Assembly: GCA_023334545.1 (NCBI GenBank)
Contig: JAADVB010000199.1
Location: 1 to 36,385 of the forward strand
DNA from: Salisapilia sapeloensis CBS 127946
Lineage: Eukaryota > Protista > Oomycota
Length of the DNA: 36,385 bases
Direction: 5' to 3'
Shown here: in pieces, positions 20,044 through 29,983 of the stretch
How the letters are laid out: the number at the start of each line of letters is the position of its first letter
Numbering within the stretch: position 1 is the stretch's first letter
Translations under genes and position numbers: made by a program
The notes under the pieces: model-generated
The model's database searches: none
What the model saw: the letters and a program-made list of their open reading frames with translations, nothing else
What the model was told of the DNA's origin: nothing

Positions 20044-20418
20044 TTATAGCTCTTCCTGCTGTCTCTTGAACGCTTCAATTTCATCCAAATCCTCTTGGGT
20101 GCACTCCACGTCGCTTTCGTCAAAGTCCATTGCGATGTTGGATGTATCTTTACTATCCGTCGCAATCGCTTGGTTGCCTTCACCGTCTACTGAGCTCTTC
20201 GACACTATCGCTTCCAAGTTCTCTATGAACCCATTGCCTTTAAATACACGCTTCATACACTACTCTGTACCTGCTTCCTCCGAGTAGCCTTTCGCCTTCC
20301 CTACCACCTCGGCAGCAGTCACATCCTCCATCCCCTCCAAAACACCAAAGCCAACTTGTTCCTCTGCACTCACGCCCATTCCAACGCCTAGGACGCCCAG
20401 CACCAACCAGCACTTCAT
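20044..20418 (-). CDS. Small acidic signal-peptide protein, 108 aa, 2 exons, C-terminus QEEL
   Basis: Exons 20418-20271 and 20222-20044 are joined in frame by a 48-nt GT-AG intron (20223-20270). The N-terminus MKCWLVLGVLGVGMGVSA looks like a signal peptide. Confidence 0.65.
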
Positions 20419-20546
20419 CTTGCAATCTGAAGTTTTTAACACCAATAGAGTCCAATGCACTAGTAGACCCTACAAACTAGCCAACATCGAAACCCTCGGC
20501 CACAAATCCGACAACAACTAGTATTCAACTCGTTCAACTTTTTCAA

Positions 20547-22023
20547 TTACGACTCCCGTGCACTCTGCTGGGCCTGGATCATCTGCTGAATAAACACATC
20601 GGACAAGACGATCTTGTCCTGGGCACTGTTCTGCAACTGCTGAAGGTACTGGACAGCGTCCGCCGAGCTTGCCGTCGATACGTACTCTGCGAACCGCTGG
20701 TGCTCCTCTAGCTCCGATTGGACGTAGTGCAGCAGTCGATCCAGGTACCTCCGATGGGCCACGGCTGCCTGACCTAGCACCTGACTGAGCTCCGAGTCGC
20801 CCTCTCCTTCTTCCGCCACGCTCGCAGAGATGTCATGGAAGCTCTCGTTCAGATTCGATTTCGGAGACACGACAGACTCGGCGCCTTCCTTTAGATCGTT
20901 CTCCAGCTGAGACAGCATATCCTCCGTACTCTCGCTACCTCCAGCAGACTTCCTCGTCAGCACGATGTGGTGCGGTCGAGCAAAGACGCCGCAGTTCGGT
21001 TCACAAGTAAAGTACCTCTTTCCCTTGACACTTCCATCGTTCTTGCCTTTGGGTTCATCCAACTCGACTCCCACCCACGTGCCTTTCGTGCCGTCCACTT
21101 CTCCAGTGTATCGTACGCAGCCAAAGAACTCCTTGTCCGGAATACACACTCGATCACCTACGTCCACATGCAGCGTACGAGAGGCGGACGGATGGGTCGA
21201 CCCCCACGTCTCTGCTCTTAAGGAAGCTGCGTCGTCTGCACTGATGGAAGACGCCGTGTCGTGCACAGAGGCGCTGGAGCTGATGGCTTCCAGCCTCTTC
21301 TGGACCTTGTGATCGACCATGCCTACGATCGTTGGAGCTCGTTTCGGATACTTGTCCTGGAAGTGGGAGTAGAGCGCGAGTGCTTCGTTTCGACATGAGG
21401 CAGAGGCATCCGATAGAGCACCTATCAGCGCCTTCTCGACGTGCTGGACGTCCGTCTTGTCCAGCATACTCGTCCAGTGGATGACAGCCATCTTGAGCGT
21501 CGTGATGCAGCTAAGTCGAATGGACTTGTTCTTGCTTTCGTGAAGGTAGTCAACAATGAGTCTCAGGTTCGGACCTTTGACGACTGTGTGGCTCGAGACG
21601 TAGTCGATGCATTCCGAACAGTAGGATGCGCAGACTTTGTTACCACTCCCACGTACTTCTAGTAACGTGGGCAATAACTCTTTCAACAGAGGAGCCATGG
21701 CGTCTCCCGTCACTTCTGAAATCTTGGCAATCGTCCGACAAGCCTCCTTGACAAGCTGCGAGCGGAGGTCCTGGAGGACGGATTTCAGCGGCACGAGCGT
21801 CTTCCACGTTTCCGACGACACTGGCAACGGTTGTGTCTTTTCCATGTTTTCGAATGCGCTCCGAATGCTCTGGACAGCATTGAGTCTGACTTTCCAGTCC
21901 TCCTTGCTCTTCATCAACCGGTCCATCTCCTTTGACAGCGTCGATTGCAAGGCATTCTACACGATACGTCCATCAGTGAATGTGTTATCCACACTTGCAT
22001 AAGTATAATTCTACCTTGGCCAT
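20547..22023 (-). CDS. CLASP N-terminal (TOG/HEAT) + CAP-Gly domain microtubule-binding protein, ~472 aa, 2 exons
   Basis: Micro-exon ATG GCC AAG (22023-22015), intron 21957-22014, then main exon. TOG-like motifs EDWKVRLNAV...DLRSQLVKEAC...DASASCRNEA; CAP-Gly GDRV...WVGVELDEPKGKNDGSVKGKRYFTC...GVF. Confidence 0.9.
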
Positions 22024-22207
22024 GCTGCTATCCTCTCTAGAAGAGGGAGTCTGCGGTGGCTATGACAAGTGGACGCCTAGGAGAGCAGAGGGTCCAGGCT
22101 GGACGTGATGGCTGCCTTGACTCGAAAAAAATATTCTTCGTCCCTATTCGTACTTTATCGGGGGATCGTAGTACCACCCTTTATCCGCCAGTCAAGTCCA
22201 TCGCACC

Positions 22208-22501
22208 ATGTCGTCCAAGCTCACCAAGCTCTTCCTCCACTCTGCTCCCGCCGAGAAGCAAAAGGGAAAGAAGAGCAAAAAGGTTCAATCCCAGAATGGC
22301 CAGTGGCTCAAAGAAGCAAAGAAGCGTCGAAGAGAAAAGGACAAGACCAAGGAAAACGTTTCCAAGCTCACTCGAGTGGATGACAAGCAGAAGAAGCTTA
22401 TGCAAAAGGTACATTGTATCTACCTGATAGACAGAGACGAAGACTAATAGCAACTGTGGGAATTGTAGGCATTGATGCAGCGAAAAAAGGCGTTTAGATA
22501 A
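22208..22501 (+). CDS. Small lysine-rich basic protein, 77 aa, 2 exons (unknown function)
   Basis: Exon 22208-22408, GT-AG intron 22409-22468, exon 22469-22501 (ALMQRKKAFR*). Very K/R-rich; head-to-head with the CLASP-like gene. Confidence 0.6.
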
Positions 22502-22596
22502 GCTAGAGCAATGAACAAATACTGTGTATCATGATGCTTTGACTTTCTCTTACTATCGTGGACTCCACGCATTCTTCACTTTAAAGTCAATCTGCT

Positions 22597-22832
22597 CTAC
22601 TTCTTCGTCTGTGTAGCTCGGATCGCACCGCTCTCGTAAGCATTCACCTTAACATCGTCCAAGTCTTCAAAGTCATCCTATGTATACAATCAGTATTTGA
22701 CTCTATGCACTACGACATGTCACGAATGCCAACCTTGTTCATCTGATACATTGTGTACGAAAAGACCGAGATGGCAAAGGCACCCAGTCCACCACCGACA
22801 ATCAAATTCTTCGCTCGCAAGGACAAGGCCAT
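22597..22832 (-). CDS. COA3: Cytochrome c oxidase assembly factor 3 (COA3/CCDC56)-like, 59 aa, 2 exons
   Basis: Exons 22832-22734 and 22677-22597 (intron 22678-22733) give MALSLRAKNLIVGGGLGAFAISVFSYTMYQMNKDDFEDLDD..., matching the Coa3 pattern of R-x-KN, a single TM helix, YT..., then DDF. Confidence 0.75.
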
Positions 22833-24029
22833 TTTTATTCTGCTCGGCTTCTGTCTCGAGCTTCCAATTAATTGCGATTTTAACCTTGGAGGGTTGCCAG
22901 GAGCCAAGATGCGTCAATCCAACTTGTTAGTCGAACGACGCAATCACTTTCAATGGAAATGTAGGGGACATGCCGATAAAGAGCAGTTGATCGTGCCATT
23001 TTGCTGTACGTCAAGATAGTAGTTTTGGTCTGTCATGTTGTAGCCTACTCTAAATCGAAAGATAGTTGTAGATACGCTGCCCTAGCAATCTCACTAATGC
23101 TCAAGTAAATGACTTGGTGCTCAGCTGATACATCAGAGTGTAAATAGTCATCGTTAAGAGGTAAAGCCTTTGTGCTATCAGAGCCCATACTCAGTTTATA
23201 TGACCTAGCGAAAGAACCTTTAAAACGAACCAAGACACAAACCTTTCGATGAGATTTGTTGTTGGAAACCTGGCGTTTGATCCATACATCGGCATTCAGC
23301 TACTGATAGCAACCAGCACATTCACTTCAATGCAGCAGCCTGTCTACCTTTTCTGCCCTACAAATCTGCTTCGAATTTGGATGATGAGCATTACCATGCC
23401 AAGATAAAAGCGTAGAAGTTTGATGTAGAATACTTTTAAAAGTACTCGTAAGATTCAGCAATAAGTTCGTGACTTCAACAAACAAGTATCTTGCTTGTTG
23501 TTTGCTTTATAGACTGAAGCGAGTGGTATGGGTTAATACCGAAGGTCTTTCGGTATCGCAGTAGCATCGATATTCCCAACGTATAGTCCATGTCTCCTGG
23601 CATGGTATACTTTTACAAGAGAAACGCACAAAACTTTTCATACCTCTTTCTTAATCGTCATAAACCGTCAGGTCAAATGTATCTTGCGGACAGTGATCCA
23701 ACATTGACGATTCACGGTTTCTTTGACGCTTATGAACTACAGATTGACAAGAACTGATCCGCCATGAAAAGTAGTCAATTGTGTGTACCTACCGGCGACT
23801 CGTAGCTGAACATAATTTGCCTGTCTTTTTCATACACTACAACTACGCATTACAGCCTTCTCATACCAGAACTACCTCTACATAATCTTCCATTATGCCA
23901 TGAGACGGCATGGTATCCATTCGGATAGCTCCATCCTATGGAAACCTCTACGAATCCAACCTCTTCACAAGAACATGCAAGCTGTTTGAACATGACTGCG
24001 TCGCTACAAGTTGAATATGTATTTATAAT

Positions 24030-25073
24030 CTATCTCTTCCTACTCCTTTGGTTTTCCACATCCGCCTCTTCTTGCGTCATGTGCCACGCCACGGGAGTCC
24101 ATCCATGTTCAAAGTGGAAGAAAGACAGCGTCGCGATGATGAGTCCGAGGACCACGTCTACAGTATAGTGCTTTCTGCCACTGATGCAGAGGATGCTGAG
24201 GGTCGCCAGGTAGAGTATACCGACCGTCCATCTCAATCCGCTGTAGCTCGGGACGTGTCGATCCAACACGCGTAGGTACAAGAGCACTGCACTCGTCGTA
24301 TATGCCAAGTGCCCAGAGAAGATAAGGTCGCCACAAGAGCTGTAGTCTCCGTACATGGGTCCGACTCGAGTGACAATGTCGATCCAGTTCTCTGGCGGGT
24401 GGTAGCTCGCATGACCTTTTCGGCAGTGAGGCGCAGGTCCTGGCAAAATCGTGAGGCTGATCGTGAGCATGCGCAAAAAGTACGAGACGGTGGCGAGTCG
24501 GAAGAAGGCAGAGATGACTCGGCACCGGTTCGCTCGTTTCATGACCGCCGTCTGCAGGAGGAAGATCACCGGAACGCCGGCCGTCAACAGGTCGGACACG
24601 GGCCTCCACTTGCTGTTGACGGACTGCTCCGGGATGAGCATGAACCCGAGGTCTGCCAATGGTTCATTCGACGGTACGTGCAGGTAAAAGGCAATGTTGA
24701 TGGCGAATACCATGGCAAGCGACATAGTGACGAAGATCTCGGCGTGATTCCCCACAGACGTCATCCCGGCGTCCCACTGTCGACGAACTAATTGCCGATA
24801 GCCGATGAACCCGGCGGCGACTACCATCCATAGTCCGCCACCCTGAGCTCTCGCCGTCGCGTCATCCGGGTCGACGACCCAGAAGAAGAAGAGCACCCAT
24901 GTCGTGACACCAAGCACCAAAATCGAAACGACCGACAGGACGAAGGCTACAAAATGCAGCACTTCGACAAAGTCGATCTGAGATAGCAACGACGTTCGAG
25001 ACACCTGTGTGACGCTAGCATCCTTGAGCGGTCCATCCATCACGTCACCAAGCGGTAGTGTCTGGCCGGACAT
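24030..25073 (-). CDS. Inositol phosphorylceramide / sphingomyelin synthase family (PAP2_C) enzyme, ~347 aa
   Basis: Multi-TM ORF with the catalytic motifs LPGPAPHC, CGDLIFSGH and RKHYTVDV (D2/D3/D4-type, resembling plant IPCS/ERH1). The start is probably ATG 25073 (MSGQTLP); 25127 is an alternative. Confidence 0.9.
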   Translation of the reverse strand: MSGQTLPLGDVMDGPLKDASVTQVSRTSLLSQIDFVEVLHFVAFVLSVVSILVLGVTTWVLFFFWVVDPDDATARAQGGGLWMVVAAGFIGYRQLVRRQWDAGMTSVGNHAEIFVTMSLAMVFAINIAFYLHVPSNEPLADLGFMLIPEQSVNSKWRPVSDLLTAGVPVIFLLQTAVMKRANRCRVISAFFRLATVSYFLRMLTISLTILPGPAPHCRKGHASYHPPENWIDIVTRVGPMYGDYSSCGDLIFSGHLAYTTSAVLLYLRVLDRHVPSYSGLRWTVGILYLATLSILCISGRKHYTVDVVLGLIIATLSFFHFEHGWTPVAWHMTQEEADVENQRSRKR

Positions 25074-25352
25074 TTTCCGCTTGATCCTGGCAAACGGGCC
25101 GGAGACAAAGGGCAGGAACGAGGGCATATGTACGGAATAAGAATAAGAAGGTGGATGTAAGCTCAAGGCTGCTCCTTGACGGAAGGAGACGAAAATAAAG
25201 TGGACAGAGAGTGCGACTCGACTACCGTCCAGCCCACCTCGATTATGGTCCCTGCTTATGCGCTGGCAGCGGTCGATGATTGGTCTAAATAGAACAGGAG
25301 GGAAACGCATGCAATCTTAAAGAGAAGTATACTGCCACCAAATACCACATGC

Positions 25353-26628
25353 CTAAAAGTACGGATTCCCGTAATACGTCGGGAAGAGGTTCCGGCGAGC
25401 AGGCACCTGCGTCGACGGACGAACCGACCCGCGTGAGTTGTTCTGGCCGGCCACTTGGACCAAAAACATATGCCCGGCAGGACACGCCACACGTAGATTG
25501 TACATGTGCGGAAGCACTCGTACTTGGATCTATTATCAGGAATAAGCACAATAGCTAGAGACATACGTAAAGTAAGAGTACCTGGCACATGGGGCAGCGA
25601 ACTAGTGCACCATAATTACCGGCACGGTAGGAAGGACGGTCACTCACGGTACTTGGTGGAGGCTTGGCGTCTTCCGACGAAACCTGGTGACCACAGTCGC
25701 GACAGAACTGGTGTCCCACGCGCACGCGCGGGTGGTCGCACACTCGCTTCTCCTTGAGCTCTGGCAATTCCGTCCGACACGATGGACATTTGTCATAGTT
25801 GCTCGACTCCGACATGGTAATGTCCTTTAGACAGCACCAGTGGAAGCTATGGCCGCAGGACGTTGTGAACACTGCCTGGCCGACGGACATGACCTCCAGA
25901 CACAAGGCGCACTCCTCCGCCTCCTGCACGACCGTCGCACTTCCGACCGCCTCGACTGGATCCTTATTCTCCAAATCGGCTTTGAACACCGGTGCAAGCG
26001 ACATTGCCCGTCCACTCGCCTCGACAATCATCCGATCCAACACCTTTTGCGTCGTGTCCTTTTCAGCCAACGGCGTCAACTCTGTCGGTCCCAAGCTCCG
26101 GCTCCTCTGGATATCTGACGGTAGTCGACGCGGCCCAAAGTGTTTGGCCTCCATCGTCCGACGCATCGACAGCGTCCGCTGCATCCGTTCCTCTGCTTCT
26201 CTCTGTTGCTGTTGGGCAGTAGCCACCTACCAATATACTCAGCTTCCTCTTCAACAGCTATGAATAAAACGTAAATACCTGACGAGCTCTTGCGCGTTCA
26301 ATGTCTTGCGCTCGACGGCGTTCTTGCATCCGCTGGCTTTGGTTCCGGACGCACTGGTCGCACACTCGCACCGGCTCGTTGTGGAAGCGAGATAGTGTCG
26401 AGGCCGAAAGAACCTTGCGCGTGTGGGAGCAATTGTTGCAGACCGCGTTCCCGCAGGCCTGCAGGCGCGATCAGCTTAGTGAGTGAGCCACAATTAGAAA
26501 GAATGAGGCGTTACCCGACACCGGTGCTTCTTCCGAAACGCAAAAAACTTCTTTCGACACACCAGGCAGTCGCTGGCATCATTAAAGGCCATGTCGGCCG
26601 CCGTGTCCACAGTAGAGGCTCGCAACAT
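25353..26628 (-). CDS. FYVE-type finger + RING-H2 + C-terminal zinc-ribbon protein (putative E3 ligase), ~371 aa, 4 exons
   Basis: Exons 26628-26515, 26458-26279, 26226-25582, 25529-25353 (GT-AG introns of 56, 52, 52 nt) join in frame. FYVE: CLVCRKKFFAFRKKHRCRACGNAVCNNC...RVCDQC. RING-H2: CALC...CGHSFHWCC...CPSC. Also CDH...FCRDCG and CPMC...CPAGH. Confidence 0.88.
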
Positions 26629-26744
26629 GTCCGACTCTCTCTGCTTCCGCTCTCTTCGCGTTCTGATGAAAAATTTCCAGCGGTTGACTCAGACGTAAAT
26701 TACGCTCGTTACGCACAAATAGAATCAGAATATCTTTTTATTTT

Positions 26745-27440
26745 CTATACACCGCTCAGGTCCACTTCTGCTTCGCCTTCGTCTGGATCATGAGACGTCG
26801 CAGGAGGAGTATCCGAGCCACTAGGTTCAGCACGTTGCTGCCGAAGCTCGTCAAAGTCCATCGACAGTGGCTCGGTTCGTTCTGGCTCGTCATCTACATA
26901 CAAAGCAGGCTCCGTCTCTCCATGCACGCGCTTCCGTTCTTCGTCTCTCAAGTCCGAGACTTCATTTTGCACCTGTCCACGTCGTCAGTAGCTAATCCTT
27001 TATATCCTTTGTAGTATAGCCTACTCGATGACGTCGACTCAGCAGCTCTGTACGCTCGATAAAGTCGTCAAAGTGAAGTCCGGGGTACAAGTCGTACGCC
27101 CACTCCTTGTACATTTGCATCAAGTCGTTCAGAGCTTTTGCCTACGAGTGCATTTTAGCCTATCACCTCATCCAATACCGCCCAAAAGTCGAACCTCATT
27201 GCCCTGCACATTTGCACTGACGTGATTAGGAAAATTGTGGTAAATCTGCTTGAAGCCTTTTTTGCTTGTCAAGTGCTCTTCGCTGAGCATATGCCGCCGG
27301 CGCTTGGGCTTTTCCTGTGCCGGTTCCTCTGCCTGATCGTTCGTGCCAGCCATGTTCACATCATTATCGTCTGGCTGCGATGCCACCTGCGGGTCTGCAT
27401 TGATGTTTTGCGCCACGACGCCATCTCGTTCCCACTCCAT
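26745..27440 (-). CDS. TIPIN: TIPIN/Csm3/Swi3 replication-fork protection protein, ~196 aa, 3 exons
   Basis: Exons 27440-27195, 27141-27025, 26972-26745 join in frame. The Swi3 domain reads LSEEHLTSKKGF...LNDLMQMYKEWAYDLYPGLHFDDFIERTELLSRRHRVQ. Confidence 0.9.
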
Positions 27441-27593
27441 TTTCCCGGGAATTTATGCTTTGAGCGCCAACTGCCCAGCTATAGTAAAACCAAGTGTAAA
27501 GTCAACCGCCTCTGAGACGAAGCAATTCCGGTGATAGGTCACATGGAATGTCCAGGCGATTGGAATGGAAACTGAATTTTATCTTTATTTCAA

Positions 27594-28025
27594 CTACTTT
27601 TTGCTATCGGCGGTCTTGGCGAGACGGCCATACCGCCTCCGGAGTCGAGAAGGCCTTCGAGGTCGGAAACTCTATGTTAGCTGTGTCAGCTCTCCATCGT
27701 CACATGCTTGACATCGTTTGCATACCTTTTGCCTCGCAACATCCCTGCAATCGATCTTTTCATCTGTACCTATCTGCCCCAAATTTCGGTCTTGGTCGTC
27801 CACAATTGCTTCCGTCTTACGCATGCGTTCCAATAGAAACTCGAGCGTGTCGTACGAATGCGCCAAGTACGGCTTCGACTCCTTAGGCGCTCTTAGCGCT
27901 ACAGCCTCGCATCATCAGCATCTCTAACATTCATCACATGCACATTGCATCATACCTTGCGGCTGCGGAAAGAGTTCCCACACGCGAGCAGAGGTTGAAA
28001 AGCCACGACGAGCTACACGGTTCAT
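27594..28025 (-). CDS. Small putative mitochondrial protein, 106 aa, 3 exons (unknown function)
   Basis: Exons 28025-27956, 27898-27726, 27671-27594 with strong GTATG donors and TAG acceptors join in frame. The N-terminus MNRVARRGFSTSARVW resembles a mitochondrial presequence; the C-terminus is Arg-rich. Confidence 0.75.
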
Positions 28026-28170
28026 TCTGACTTGTGAGCCATCGAACGCGAGATAGCGATCGTCCAGCAATAATTACCGCATTACTATCTCCAGTGCATG
28101 TTGTTCAAGTGTCGTTATTGTGGACCATTCCTTTACAAAATGCCATTGACCACAAGCGGCAAATTCGAAA

Positions 28171-29346
28171 ATGGCACAGGAAGAGTACGACGATGAAGAG
28201 TTCACACTCGATTCCGAAGGCTCCTTGACACTCGGCGACTTTCTCACACCATTCCTGAAAGAGTGTACGTCCGGCTCTTTATTACTTTGACGACCAATAC
28301 GTTGCTTGCTAGACAAGAGCTTACTTTCGACCGCATTATAGTCAACTCGAAACTCGATGAGAGCGTGCAGGAAGTCCAGGGCGAAGTCGAGAACGCACTC
28401 CACATGGTAACTACTCTTCTTTTCCATGTAGTAGTTAGAACTTTTGCATCCAACCTCGATTCGAAATAAACATCAAGTCTCAACGCTATATCCGCTAGCG
28501 CTTTGCCCCCAGCACCGATAAGAGCAAGCAAACTCGACAGCTCAACACCGTCGCTAAAGTACCTCTACTACGTATGCACTATCTATCCCATACGCTCAGG
28601 CCTGCACTAGTGCTCTAGCCAATACATGAAGCGAGTTCAGGCCATCTTTGAAAAGAACTTTGACAAGCTAGAGCTCTACTTGCGTCGCAACGTTGTATAC
28701 ATCCCAGAGCATCTTGCTCCGCTCGTGCACGAGCTGTATGCGAAGAACCGACAGAAACGGGTGTCGACGTTGCAGGCCCAGCAGATGCAGACAGAGACAG
28801 AGTCCTCTGCGTCTCGTACGTTGACAAAACAGGAGCAAAAGGAAAAGGACGCCGAGGAGCGTGTCGACTACCTTCGCCAGCAGCTTCGAGAGGTAGGTTT
28901 GAGAAGGTTAGTAGACTGTTCACGTGCCTCATGCCGAGTGTATAGCTGACGGAATCCAACCAGCAGTTGGAGTGGGAGTCCATCTCTCTCGACAACAAAG
29001 TCTCGCAGTTCCAGCGGCTCGTGTCGAACGAGTTGGCGTTCGTCGAGTCTCTTCCGGAACACTCGATTGTGCCGATCCAACGGACGACGGAAGGTATTTC
29101 GACGTTGAGGCAATCCCAGGGTGAGATGGAAGAGCTTCGAAAGCAGCTTGAACGATCCGCCCACCAGTTTCGTCGGTCCAAAATGGACTCTCGAGATACG
29201 TTCCGTACGTTTCTACTATCCATGCCAATGATGTATCTAACATATCTTCTAAACTAGACAACTTGCGTCGACGCTTCGTGGCGCAGGCACCGACGACGAG
29301 TGCGAGTGGACAGGTGCTGGCGCATGTCCAAAGCCATTTGCCGTGA
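28171..29346 (+). CDS. MIS12: Kinetochore protein MIS12, ~285 aa, 6 exons
   Basis: Exons 28171-28262, 28313-28406, 28499-28558, 28611-28892, 28964-29204, 29258-29346 join in frame. Mis12 signature AIFEKNFDKLELYLRRNVVYIP plus C-terminal coiled coils. The first splice donor is the least certain part. Confidence 0.8.
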
Positions 29347-29983
29347 GGTTGATAGAACAACAGATTTACTTGCCCTATTTCCACTTGTGTCTTTCGTACT
29401 CTATGTCCCGTTGTTGAGCTCTTGCTTCTACGTTTGAACATGTCGAGTGGGTTGACGACCGGCGATGGCCACAGTCGAGGTCAAGGTCGGGAAGGTGGTC
29501 AGCGCTCTTCTTCGCGGTCCAACTTTCCGCGCATCTTGCTATCTTCTAGCGAAAAGTACGTCCAGTTGATGTCGTTTCAACACCAGAGGTGATCACTATC
29601 CAGTCAAACGCCTACTCAGGTGGTCGAAGACGAGCCGCGCTCGAGCGTGTGCAATCCCAGATACCCATCACGTATGCAGAGGGCAAAGTCGATCTGGGTG
29701 TATCAACCTACCGGGGTTTGTTGATCCACGATGTTGCTAGCTGCCGGTACGAGATGCGCTGCCACTGGCGTAATCGAGCTGCTATGCATTTCAACAGATC
29801 GAGCTAGGTACCCGTCGCAGACGAGGCGACTAAAAACAGCGGACCATGGATCCCACGAGTCCTGACGTGCGTCAGCGAGCATCTCCCTTTTCTTCCTGTC
29901 CCGACTGAAACAGCTCGACCTCTTTTTTCGTGAAAGAAGTCCCATTTGTGGTTTTGCACTCCTCCGCTCATACATCCTTCCTC

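Noticed and set aside
20044-20418. RXLR/CRN effector interpretation of the small secreted protein
   Set aside because: No RXLR-dEER or LFLAK motif after the signal peptide.
23381-23517. Box C (ATGATGA) and box D (CTGA) pair suggesting a C/D snoRNA
   Set aside because: No terminal stem and no evident rRNA guide; both motifs are common by chance.
23536-23556. Small hairpin ATACCGAA-N5-TTCGGTAT
   Set aside because: An isolated 8-bp stem is within chance expectation in 36 kb, with no associated element boundaries.
25074-25310. ORF-track N-terminal extension of the IPC synthase starting at ATG 25310
   Set aside because: It starts only 43 nt from the stop of the upstream same-strand gene and reads like UTR/promoter sequence. 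A downstream ATG (25073 or 25127) is more plausible.
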